Part shown: positions 17,162-25,894 of the stretch, in pieces
How positions within the stretch are numbered: the stretch's first letter is position 1
Layout of the letters: the number at the start of each line of letters is the position of its first letter
Assembly (NCBI GenBank): GCA_044338805.1
Contig: JBIIWQ010000001.1
Coordinates: 1 to 37,125 of the forward strand
Direction: 5' to 3'
DNA: 37,125 bases
Origin: Crocinitomicaceae bacterium
GTDB lineage: Bacteria; Bacteroidota; Bacteroidia; Flavobacteriales_D; Crocinitomicaceae
Position numbers and translations under genes: made by a program
The notes under the pieces: generated by a model
What the model was told of the DNA's origin: nothing
The model's database searches: none
What the model saw: the letters and a program-made list of their open reading frames with translations, nothing else

Positions 17162-20100
17162 TTAATTTCCTCCTTCGTTAACTTCAATAATAGTTTCTTC
17201 TTGTATTTCGATTGATTTTGGTTGATTTTTCAACTGCATCAATTCATCCCACAATTCATTCGCCTCCGATTTTATTCCATCATCCTCAACTGGGTAATGG
17301 TCAATAACTGACTTCAATGTTTGTTCAGCTTGAAATAAATCACCTTGAGCTATTAATACGCGCGATTGTAATATCAATCCTTTTGCAACCCAGTAATTAT
17401 AACTTGGTTTCATCTTAATCAGAGCCCTAACTTCTGCGTCTGCTTTTACGTAATCTTTTTGCTTATAATAAATTTCTGCCAACGAATATTTCGCTTCGGC
17501 CCCCCAAACAGTTGTTGTGTTTTTTATGATGTATGCCAATGAACTTTTTGCGGCTTCAAAATTATTTAAATAGAAATTTGACATTCCCTTTGCGTATTCC
17601 GCCTCTAATCTTAATGTATTGTTGATTTGACTACTTTCAATTACATTCTTTGCATAAACCGCAGCATTCGTCCAATTTTCAATTAAGAAATTACACCGCA
17701 TCAATCCAAGTTTTGCATTAAATAACGTGGTAGGTTTTGAACTAATTTTTTCTAATCGTTCATAATAAGGAATCGCCTCTTCATGTTTCCCTTCATTGTA
17801 CAAATATTGTGAAACACGAGATGCTGCAAATTCAGTATATGAATTGTTTTGCTCCTCTAAAACAATTTTATACGTATCAATTGCTTTTGCTTTGTCTCCT
17901 GTTGCAAAGTATGAATTAGCAAGGAAGTAGTTTGCTTCAGATAAATATTGTCCTGAAGGAAATTTCTCAATATACTTTACAAATTGAGGAATCGCTGTTA
18001 CATAAGAACTGTCTTTATACGCTTCAAAAGCTGGACTAAAAAATAATCCTTCTTGCTCATCTATTGAAATATTCGCACAAGAATACTCTCCTGCCAACTG
18101 ACTAGCCTTTTCAGGTTGTTTTAATGCTGCATAAACATCAACTAAACCGCGAACACATTTTGCGCAAACTTCTCTATCTGATCCATATACATCAAGAACT
18201 TGTTTGTAATTTAATTCTGCTTGAGGATATTCCCATTTCTTATAATAAATATCAGCTATTTCAACTTTTGAATTAACGAGTAAGGTTGAGCTTGGATAAT
18301 CTGTAACAATTTGATTAAAATAACGCATTGCTTTATCATAATCAGATTTCGCTTTGAAACTCATTGCAACATCATATACAGAAGCAATAGTATATTTGGA
18401 ATTTTTGTAGTTGTTTATTATGTCTAATAAATGGGTGATTTTAGCATCAACATTATCTGAAAAGCCATACGCTTTAGCCATATAATACAATGCTTGATCT
18501 TCAAATCCTGCTTTCAATTTCACAACTTCTTGGTAATATTTTATAGCATTCTCATTTTGAGAAGTCATGTAATACCCATCAGCTGTTCGCATATTAGCAT
18601 CAGCTAGTTTGTTTTTGTCTTTCACATTTGATTGACAGTAAATCCTGAATGATTCAATAGATTGCGGAATGTCTTGTTTTTTTAGAAATGCATAACCGAT
18701 ATTATAATATGCATCTGCTTTTAAATCTGGAGCTAACGTTCCTGGAAGCGCTAAGAAATCCTTGTATCCTTTAATAGACAAATCCATATTATTTAAACGG
18801 TAATTAGCATCTGCAGTCCAGAATTTTGCCCTACCCGTAATTACAGCATCAACCGGATATTTCTCTACTAAATCGAATGATTTTATAGCTTTTTGAAGTT
18901 CCTCCTTTTGAAATAGTTCAACCCCTTGATTGAATGCAACCAATTGATACGCCATTTTCAATTTTGAGTCTTTATTCGGCAACTTATCCAAAGAAGCTAG
19001 TGCTTTTGCATAGTTATTAGTTGATGTATACACATTCACTAAATATTGATTGATGTCGTTGACGCGTTTTGAAGTTGGAAACCGATTTAAGTATTCTTCA
19101 AGCGCAATTACGGCTTCATCATAAGGATTTAGATCTAATTTGTAAGACAAAACAGCATAATTGTATAATGCATCTTCTTCAACTTTCGCGTCTGCATCAA
19201 TGTCAGCAGCGGCATCAAAAGCTGATCTTGCTGAAATTTGGTTGTTGAGTTTTAAATAGGATTCCCCTATGTGATAAAAAGCCACTTGTCCAATACTATC
19301 TTTTTGTCGGGTAACTTTATCAAATAATTTTATTGCCTTTTCATAAATTTTACTCTTGTAATATGCAAACCCTAATTGATAATCGTCTTCTCTTGTAGTA
19401 TTTGATTTTGCATTGTATTTTTCTAGATAGGTAACTGCCTCATCAAATTTATTTGTACGGTAATAAGAGTCGCCAATAATGTGATTCAAATCGTTTTGAT
19501 TAACCACATTCCCAGAGTCCATAATACTCGGAGCATATTTCGTTACTTCATCATATTTTGCTTGCAAATAATAAATTTGGGCAATATAGTAAGGGACAAC
19601 ACTTGCAAATTGCGTGTCTGATTGCAATTTTAAAAATCCATCAAGCGCTGTTTGATACGATTTATCCATATATGCTATATGCGAATAATAATACATTCCG
19701 GGAGCAGCATATTGAGAAACACCCTCTTTTACCTCATGAAAAGCGCTTCTTGCCTCAACATAGTTCTTTTCTTGAAAATTCGAATACCCAACTTTAAAAT
19801 AAAATTCCTCTTTATTATCCTCTTCAACATCTTGGATTTTCAATTGATTGAACCATACCAACGCTTCTTTAAAATCCTTTTTTTGATAAAAATATTTTCC
19901 TAACCGATAATGAATATCATGTTTAAAAATGCTTTCTGGATAGTTGCGATTAAACTCTTCTAATAATGGAATTGCATCATTGTTAAATAGTTCCAACGCT
20001 GAAAGCCCTTCATAATAAAGAGCTTTAACATACAACTGATCGTTCGGTTTTGTAAAAACGTTCACAAAATTCCTGAATTCTATTCGGGCGGCAGCATATT

Positions 20101-20224
20101 GCTCTTTAGCAAATAACTCTTCTCCTCGGTAATAATTTTCGTATTCACTGTTGTATTTCTCCGAAGTTTGAGAATAGGAGAAATAATGCAGGCACACTAA
20201 TATGGCGACCAAGAACTTATTCAT
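17162..20224 (-). CDS. very large tetratricopeptide-repeat protein (1020 aa), exported
   Basis: Signal peptide ending YSQ. TPR-like A..Y..A/Y periodicity runs throughout (YYEGLS, YYLQAKY, YNIGYAFLKK, ANSYFATGDKAKAI). Confidence 0.85.
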   Translation of the reverse strand: MNKFLVAILVCLHYFSYSQTSEKYNSEYENYYRGEELFAKEQYAAARIEFRNFVNVFTKPNDQLYVKALYYEGLSALELFNNDAIPLLEEFNRNYPESIFKHDIHYRLGKYFYQKKDFKEALVWFNQLKIQDVEEDNKEEFYFKVGYSNFQEKNYVEARSAFHEVKEGVSQYAAPGMYYYSHIAYMDKSYQTALDGFLKLQSDTQFASVVPYYIAQIYYLQAKYDEVTKYAPSIMDSGNVVNQNDLNHIIGDSYYRTNKFDEAVTYLEKYNAKSNTTREDDYQLGFAYYKSKIYEKAIKLFDKVTRQKDSIGQVAFYHIGESYLKLNNQISARSAFDAAADIDADAKVEEDALYNYAVLSYKLDLNPYDEAVIALEEYLNRFPTSKRVNDINQYLVNVYTSTNNYAKALASLDKLPNKDSKLKMAYQLVAFNQGVELFQKEELQKAIKSFDLVEKYPVDAVITGRAKFWTADANYRLNNMDLSIKGYKDFLALPGTLAPDLKADAYYNIGYAFLKKQDIPQSIESFRIYCQSNVKDKNKLADANMRTADGYYMTSQNENAIKYYQEVVKLKAGFEDQALYYMAKAYGFSDNVDAKITHLLDIINNYKNSKYTIASVYDVAMSFKAKSDYDKAMRYFNQIVTDYPSSTLLVNSKVEIADIYYKKWEYPQAELNYKQVLDVYGSDREVCAKCVRGLVDVYAALKQPEKASQLAGEYSCANISIDEQEGLFFSPAFEAYKDSSYVTAIPQFVKYIEKFPSGQYLSEANYFLANSYFATGDKAKAIDTYKIVLEEQNNSYTEFAASRVSQYLYNEGKHEEAIPYYERLEKISSKPTTLFNAKLGLMRCNFLIENWTNAAVYAKNVIESSQINNTLRLEAEYAKGMSNFYLNNFEAAKSSLAYIIKNTTTVWGAEAKYSLAEIYYKQKDYVKADAEVRALIKMKPSYNYWVAKGLILQSRVLIAQGDLFQAEQTLKSVIDHYPVEDDGIKSEANELWDELMQLKNQPKSIEIQEETIIEVNEGGN

Positions 20225-20370
20225 AACACGTTGCTTTTAATCAAGTAAAATTAAGGGACATAGTGTCCCTTTGGGAGAGGGCTTACAAAAGTTTTAAACG
20301 TGAATCTGTTAAGATTATTATCTGCAACTACCAAAGTACTGTGTATGAATTATCGACCTTTACCCTAAAT

Positions 20371-20378
20371 TATTTTTG
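20371..20378 (+). promoter_or_regulatory. TAnnTTTG motif immediately upstream of the proposed ftsE-like start
   Basis: TATTTTTG ends 5 nt before the GTG at 20383. Confidence 0.3.
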
Positions 20379-20382
20379 TCTC

Positions 20383-21096
20383 GTGGGAAAAATCATACAA
20401 ATAAAAAACGCCAACATCTTTCAACAGAAGGTGCTTGTCTTAGAAAACGTGCAGTTTGAGCTCGATAACAATGAATTCGTTTACCTGATTGGAAAAACAG
20501 GAAGCGGTAAAAGTAGCTTGTTAAAAACAATTTACGGTGAGTTATTATTGACAGAAGGTGAAGGAAAAATAGCTGGTTTTGATTTAAAAGGTTTAAAAAA
20601 GAAAGATATTCCAATGCTTCGAAGAAAAATTGGAATTGTTTTTCAAGATTTCCAATTGTTGATGGACCGCACTGTTTCACAAAATTTATTGTTTGTTTTG
20701 GGAGCAACAGGCTGGAAAGACAAGCAATTAATGGAAAAACGTGCAAAAGAAGTTTTGCAGCTGGTTGGAATCGAACAAAAAATTAATTCAATGCCACACA
20801 CATTGTCTGGTGGAGAACAGCAAAGAGTATCAATTGCACGAGCATTATTAAATCGTCCAGCGTTAATTTTGGCGGACGAACCAACAGGAAATTTAGATCC
20901 AGAAACATCTGAAGAAATAATGCGCTTGTTATTAGCAATTGCTCAAGAAGAAAAAACAGCGGTTCTGATGGCCACGCATGATATGACAATGGTAGAGAAG
21001 TTTCCAGGACGCGTTGCGAGAGTTGAAAACAAACAAATTAAGGAAGTGAATACAATGGATAGATTTAATCCATTTACAACGTTTGAGGCTAAATAA
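20383..21096 (+). CDS. ftsE: FtsE-like ABC transporter ATP-binding protein
   Basis: Walker A GKTGSGKSS, signature LSGGEQQRV and Walker B LILADEPTGNLD. The first 40 track residues have no ABC homology and begin 39 nt from the divergent gene. The GTG at 20383 (VGKIIQIK...) gives a normal N-terminus. Confidence 0.8.
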   Translation: MGKIIQIKNANIFQQKVLVLENVQFELDNNEFVYLIGKTGSGKSSLLKTIYGELLLTEGEGKIAGFDLKGLKKKDIPMLRRKIGIVFQDFQLLMDRTVSQNLLFVLGATGWKDKQLMEKRAKEVLQLVGIEQKINSMPHTLSGGEQQRVSIARALLNRPALILADEPTGNLDPETSEEIMRLLLAIAQEEKTAVLMATHDMTMVEKFPGRVARVENKQIKEVNTMDRFNPFTTFEAK

Positions 21097-21100
21097 ATGG

Positions 21101-22384
21101 TTATCTAGCAATCACCAACTTAACAATTTCTTGAATACTATCACTTGCAATATTCAAAAAATAAACACCATTTGACAGATTAGAAACATCAATTTTGTTT
21201 TCATTTAGCGTCATTGAATACACTTTTCCTTGTAAATCAATAATAGAACAGTTAAACTGAGTTAAACCATCAATTGTAATTTCATTTCCGATCACAGGGT
21301 TTGGGTAAACTAAGAGCGGTATTTCTAAGTTATTTGAACTGTTTGCCAATCCACAATTAATCGCAGTTCCGGCAGTTTGATTGAGCACCCCATTTTGAAC
21401 ATACCAATATTCCCAAACACCTCCCGTTCCGGTAGTCCAGTCGTTTAAATCAAATGTTTGTGTTCCAAATGGTGTTCCTTTCGCATGGTAAACTTTCAAT
21501 GCTTGCCCTCCTCTATTCCAGGTTAAAGGTGTAGATGTAATGCACGTTTCAGGATTTAAATCAGTCAATTCGCAGTTTGGTTGAATAAAATAAACATCTT
21601 CATCGTAGGTTGGATAATCACCATATATTTTACAGAAACCCAAAGTGTCAATGCAAACAGCTGTATATTCATCACAAGCAATTCCTTTTCCGACTGCTTG
21701 ATAATCTTGTAAAATTCTACTCAAAAATGTAACATGTCTTCCTTTTCTGTCAGGACTATCGTAATGTGTATCCGTAATAACATTGGATAAATGTTCATTT
21801 ACAAGAAACAGTTCATCGCTTACTGTCACCAAAGAATTATAAGGATTTGTTAATGCTTGAGCGCTTGTAACAGTTCCGTTTTGGGCAGAAAAATAATATT
21901 TCCCCATGATGGCCATTCCAGCACTTGTTCCACCAACAACGGTATTTCTTTCTGCAATTGCCTTGTTCACCAAACTATCAACTGGCGTATTTCTCCAATA
22001 CGAAATATATGTCCACTGATCTCCGCCTGCGAACCAAATTGCTTCGGCTTGATTTATTTTTTGTTGAAGATATGCCTCTTGAGAAGCATTTGCATTGTTA
22101 CACACGATTGTTTCAACTGAATTTATTGCGACTCCTAATTGATTCAACATGTAGTCATTGTAACCGTTAGACCCAGTTGCTCTCAAAACCAAAACATCTC
22201 CTCCATCAGCTTGTTGTAAAAACCATTTCATGGCTTCGTCGTGTTCTGTTGCACCACCCATTAAACAAACTCCACCTTTTGGAGATGTTACAACATCTGA
22301 AACATTTCCTAAATAATAAGAGGTGTAGTTTTGCCCAAATGAAATGGTAGTGATAAAAAAAGAGAGTAATGTAACCGTTCTCAT
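21101..22384 (-). CDS. peptidase S51 (cyanophycinase/dipeptidase E-like) fused to a type A T9SS sorting domain
   Basis: Signal peptide ending FGQ. S51 motifs VLVLRATG..., IWFAGGDQW and VVGGTSAGMAIMG. The C-terminus reads LVYPNPVIGNEITIDGL...IIDLQGKV...LSNGVYFLNI. Confidence 0.8.
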   Translation of the reverse strand: MRTVTLLSFFITTISFGQNYTSYYLGNVSDVVTSPKGGVCLMGGATEHDEAMKWFLQQADGGDVLVLRATGSNGYNDYMLNQLGVAINSVETIVCNNANASQEAYLQQKINQAEAIWFAGGDQWTYISYWRNTPVDSLVNKAIAERNTVVGGTSAGMAIMGKYYFSAQNGTVTSAQALTNPYNSLVTVSDELFLVNEHLSNVITDTHYDSPDRKGRHVTFLSRILQDYQAVGKGIACDEYTAVCIDTLGFCKIYGDYPTYDEDVYFIQPNCELTDLNPETCITSTPLTWNRGGQALKVYHAKGTPFGTQTFDLNDWTTGTGGVWEYWYVQNGVLNQTAGTAINCGLANSSNNLEIPLLVYPNPVIGNEITIDGLTQFNCSIIDLQGKVYSMTLNENKIDVSNLSNGVYFLNIASDSIQEIVKLVIAR

Positions 22385-22393
22385 GATTGAATC

Positions 22394-23467
22394 TTAGGCA
22401 TTCGGTTTTTTAATTTTCACTTCAAATAATTTCATCCAATTTTTTCCGGTCATATAAAGCTTATTGCTTTTAGGATCAAGTGCTATTCCATTTAAAACAT
22501 CACCGTTCCCTTTTCCTGCGTTGACTAATGTTGTTGCATCTAATTCTGCAAGCACCTTTCCGTTTAATGGATCTATGATTGCCACTTTATTGGTCATCCA
22601 AACATTGGCATATATGAAACCGTCAATGTATTCTAGCTCATTCAAATTTGTAACTGCTCCTTGATGTGTATAAACTTCAATCGTTCTTTCAATTTCAAAC
22701 GTTTTTGGATTTCTAAAAGTAATTCTCTCAGATCCATTTGACATTATTAAAGAAGTTCCATCGTTACACAATCCCCATCCTTCACCAATATATGGCATGT
22801 CTTTTTCTATTTGCAACGTGGATTTATTGTAAACAAAACATTTTTGTTCTTGCCACGTCAATTGGTATAATTTGTCGCCAAGAATTGTAATTCCTTCTCC
22901 AAAATAAGTTCCGTCAAGTCCCATTTTTTTGATTGTTTCTCCTGAATTAAGATTTACCTGGGCAACCATGCTTTGTCCTTTTTGACCAGTTCCTTCATAT
23001 AAAATCCCATCATTGAATTCTAAACCTTGCGTAAAACTGGTGGTGCTATGAGGAAAAGAAGAAACAATTTCTGCAATCCAAATTTCAGGAACAACATCAG
23101 ATAAAACACGTACCATTCTATTGTCTGCGAATGAAGAGCCATCTTTCATTGTGGATAAAAGTTGGACTTCTCGCGCGCCCAAACCATAATATCCTGCTTT
23201 AAACGGAATTACTATTTTCCCCTTTGGATTGTTCCATGTTTTAAATATACTGTCGTTATAAATTAATTCTAGTTTAGTAATATCATCTTGAATGATGTTG
23301 ATTTCTAATTGAATTGTTTCGTCCCACTTCGTAGCCAAATTGTCGTTAAAAGCAAAAACTGCAGGAAGTTCATCCTCTTCAACTGTTGGTGTGCTTTGTA
23401 ATATTGGAACAACAACTAATGCTCCTAAAACAATAAAAATTAACCCTATAATTAAATACTTTTTCAT
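22394..23467 (-). CDS. glutaminyl-peptide cyclotransferase (beta-propeller, plant/bacterial type)
   Basis: FTQGLEF..GILYEGTGQ.G.S, YFGEGITILGDKLYQLTWQE, GEGWGLCNDG and LNELEYIDGFIYANVW. It has an N-terminal anchor or signal. Confidence 0.85.
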   Translation of the reverse strand: MKKYLIIGLIFIVLGALVVVPILQSTPTVEEDELPAVFAFNDNLATKWDETIQLEINIIQDDITKLELIYNDSIFKTWNNPKGKIVIPFKAGYYGLGAREVQLLSTMKDGSSFADNRMVRVLSDVVPEIWIAEIVSSFPHSTTSFTQGLEFNDGILYEGTGQKGQSMVAQVNLNSGETIKKMGLDGTYFGEGITILGDKLYQLTWQEQKCFVYNKSTLQIEKDMPYIGEGWGLCNDGTSLIMSNGSERITFRNPKTFEIERTIEVYTHQGAVTNLNELEYIDGFIYANVWMTNKVAIIDPLNGKVLAELDATTLVNAGKGNGDVLNGIALDPKSNKLYMTGKNWMKLFEVKIKKPNA

Positions 23468-23476
23468 ATTCGTTTT

Positions 23477-23845
23477 CTAACTTAGTTGTCTTTCTATTTC
23501 TTTTGTATCAATAGATGAATGCGTTTCAGTATAGATTACTTCATTATTTTTTACAACAATTACTTGTGGCGATTGATGCATCACATTACTAATTTCCTCT
23601 AATTTATTAGAAATCTGACGGAACTCCAATAAGTCAATAAAATACAAATCACAGATTTCACTTAACGATTCAGCATTTTGTTCAAATCTACTTAGTGCCA
23701 TTGAAGAGATACTGCATCTTGTACTATGTTTAAAAAACAGCACAGGCTTATCATTGGATTGTTCAAAAGCAGAAATTAATTGCTCTTCAGATGTTAATTG
23801 TACCCAAGGAAATACCTTTTTAGGTCGTGATGAAAATAATCCCAT
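23477..23845 (-). CDS. ytxJ: YtxJ-like monothiol thioredoxin-fold protein (bacillithiol system)
   Basis: 122 aa with the motif FFKHSTRCSISSMA, a single active-site Cys in the T-x-C-x-I-S context. Confidence 0.7.
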   Translation of the reverse strand: MGLFSSRPKKVFPWVQLTSEEQLISAFEQSNDKPVLFFKHSTRCSISSMALSRFEQNAESLSEICDLYFIDLLEFRQISNKLEEISNVMHQSPQVIVVKNNEVIYTETHSSIDTKEIERQLS

Positions 23846-23847
23846 AT

Positions 23848-24870
23848 TTAAATTCCTGCTGTAAATTGTTTTAAAAAACGAACATCGTTCTCAGAATACA
23901 AACGCAAATCGTTGACTTTATATTTCAATTGTGTAATCCGCTCTATTCCCATTCCAAAAGCAAAGCCTGAATATTCTTTCGAATCAATGCCGCAAGCTTC
24001 TAACACATTTGGATCAACCATACCACAACCAAGAATTTCTAACCAGCCAGAATATTTACAGACATTACACCCTTTCGAATTACAAATTGTACATGAAACA
24101 TCCACTTCGGCACTTGGTTCTGTAAAAGGAAAATACGATGGTCTTAAACGAATTTGTGCTTTTTCACCAAACATTTCTTTCGCGAAATATAAAAGTGTTT
24201 GTTTCAGATCGGCGAAGGAGACATTTTTATCAATATACAAGCCTTCAACTTGGTGAAAAAAACAATGTGCACGCGCAGATATTGCTTCATTTCTATAAAC
24301 TCTTCCGGGTGAAATTGTTCGAATTGGCGGTTTTGAATTTTCCATAACTCGAACTTGAACTGAACTTGTGTGCGTACGAAGTGCCATTTCAATACCTCCC
24401 TTTTCTATAAAAAAAGTATCCTGCATATCTCTCGCTGGATGCTCTGGCGGAAAATTTAAGGCAGAAAAGTTATGCCAATCATCTTCAATTTCTGGCCCTT
24501 CAGAAACAGCGTATCCAATACGATTAAAGATATCTATAATTTCACTTCTTACCAATGAAAGTGGGTGTCTCGCTCCGATTTCTTGATCATCACCAGGTCT
24601 AGAAGTGTCAATTCTGGCTGAATCCGTTGCAGTATTTTCTAGTTTTTCTTTGAAAGAAGCGAATTTTTCTTCTGCTAATGAACGGAAATTATTAAGTAAT
24701 TGACCAACTTCTCTTTTATCTTCGTTTGGAACACCTTTTAGTTCTCCAAATAAATTTTTCACACGTCCTTTTGAACCTAAAAAATAAATTCTGAAATCTT
24801 CCAAACTCTTCAAGTCTTGGACATTAAAGGCTTCTATCTCTGTAATACTCTTGTCTATTAATGCTTTCAT
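23848..24870 (-). CDS. pheS: phenylalanine--tRNA ligase alpha subunit
   Basis: HPLS..., FPPEHPARDMQDTF, and class II motifs including FPFTEPSAEVDV and GFAFGMGIERI. Confidence 0.95.
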   Translation of the reverse strand: MKALIDKSITEIEAFNVQDLKSLEDFRIYFLGSKGRVKNLFGELKGVPNEDKREVGQLLNNFRSLAEEKFASFKEKLENTATDSARIDTSRPGDDQEIGARHPLSLVRSEIIDIFNRIGYAVSEGPEIEDDWHNFSALNFPPEHPARDMQDTFFIEKGGIEMALRTHTSSVQVRVMENSKPPIRTISPGRVYRNEAISARAHCFFHQVEGLYIDKNVSFADLKQTLLYFAKEMFGEKAQIRLRPSYFPFTEPSAEVDVSCTICNSKGCNVCKYSGWLEILGCGMVDPNVLEACGIDSKEYSGFAFGMGIERITQLKYKVNDLRLYSENDVRFLKQFTAGI

Positions 24871-25026
24871 TCGTGTAATCGTTGCGCTTAACTATTTTGA
24901 CTTTTTTTTATCGCAGTGTAACTTTTTATGCTCTATTTCTGTTTAAAGAATAAAATAACACTACTATCTTACACGAAGGTAAGAAATTAAGAAGAACTTT
25001 GTTGTCGGATTAATTTAAAAATAGTT

Positions 25027-25034
25027 TATCTTTG
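25027..25034 (+). promoter_or_regulatory. Bacteroidota -7 promoter motif TAnnTTTG
   Basis: TATCTTTG lies 24 nt upstream of the ATG at 25058. Confidence 0.4.
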
Positions 25035-25057
25035 GTGGTTAAGATTTGTAAAAAAAG

Positions 25058-25438
25058 ATGAATAAATTGATGAAAACTGTATTAACTGCTTGCTCTTTTC
25101 TACTACTAATAAGCCTTTTTTCGGCGTGTAAAAACGACGATGCTTCAGTTGTTAAAATTTTTGTTAGATCGGCTAGCAACCAATTATTAGATGGTGCACA
25201 GGTTGTTATTGTGGGTGATGTAAATTCTACTCCTTCAACTATGGCTTATGTTGACACTGTTTTTACCAATTCTTCTGGATTTGCTCTTTTGAATATGGAT
25301 TCTTTCTTTTCTCAAGCTGGAGAAAGTAATTCAACAGGATATTTTGATGTAATTGCCAAAAAAAATGGTGCTCAGGGTGCTGAATATATTCGCGCGCGCG
25401 CTCACATAACGACAGTAGAAACTGTCTATTTAAACTAA
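25058..25438 (+). CDS. small lipoprotein, carboxypeptidase-regulatory-like beta-sandwich (paralog 1)
   Basis: Lipobox LFSAC. Then VKIFVRSASNQLLDGAQVVIVGD...TNSSGFALL...ETVYLN. 126 aa. Confidence 0.65.
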   Translation: MNKLMKTVLTACSFLLLISLFSACKNDDASVVKIFVRSASNQLLDGAQVVIVGDVNSTPSTMAYVDTVFTNSSGFALLNMDSFFSQAGESNSTGYFDVIAKKNGAQGAEYIRARAHITTVETVYLN

Positions 25439-25449
25439 AAACCCAACCT

Positions 25450-25830
25450 ATGAATACTTCAGTAAAAAGAACTCTTTTATTTGCTTTTATATCAGTTTTA
25501 GGAGTAGCGTTATCTTCTGGATGCCGCAAGAAAGCAGATACTATCGCAATAATTTATGTGCGTGATGTTGCTAATCAATTGGTTTCAGGTGCTACAGTTG
25601 TTTTGTATGGTCAATCTACAACAAATCAGCCAGCAAATGTTGTTTTATATGATACGACAATTAGTAACACTTCAGGAGAAGCAAAATTTAATTTCAATGA
25701 TGTTTATCAATTAGGTCAAGCCGGTGTAGCTGTTTTGAACATCGAAGCGACATTTGGTGGATCAACGGGACAGGGAATAATTAAAATTGAACAAGAAGTT
25801 ACTTCAAAAGAAACTGTTTATATCCAATAA
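25450..25830 (+). CDS. small lipoprotein, carboxypeptidase-regulatory-like beta-sandwich (paralog 2)
   Basis: Lipobox LSSGC. Then IAIIYVRDVANQLVSGATVVLYGQ...SNTSGEAKF...ETVYIQ. Same length as paralog 1 and collinear with it. Confidence 0.65.
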   Translation: MNTSVKRTLLFAFISVLGVALSSGCRKKADTIAIIYVRDVANQLVSGATVVLYGQSTTNQPANVVLYDTTISNTSGEAKFNFNDVYQLGQAGVAVLNIEATFGGSTGQGIIKIEQEVTSKETVYIQ

Positions 25831-25894
25831 AAATAATAAGCCTCCCCTCGACCCTTTGATAAACTCAAGGATGAACAGGCGGTTTTTTTGTGTT

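Noticed and set aside
17162-20224. Identifying the 1020-aa TPR protein as SprE/PorW
   Set aside because: SprE/PorW is a lipoprotein. This protein has an SPase I-type signal (..YSQ) without a proper lipobox, and no other T9SS core gene is adjacent.
20263-20382. N-terminal 40-residue extension of the FtsE-like protein
   Set aside because: It has no similarity to ABC ATPase N-termini and would start 39 nt from the divergent gene. The internal GTG at 20383 gives the expected N-terminus.
25831-25894. Rho-independent terminator after the second small lipoprotein gene
   Set aside because: A T-run is present (GGCGGTTTTTTTG), but I could not find a convincing GC-rich stem immediately upstream. It is left uncalled.
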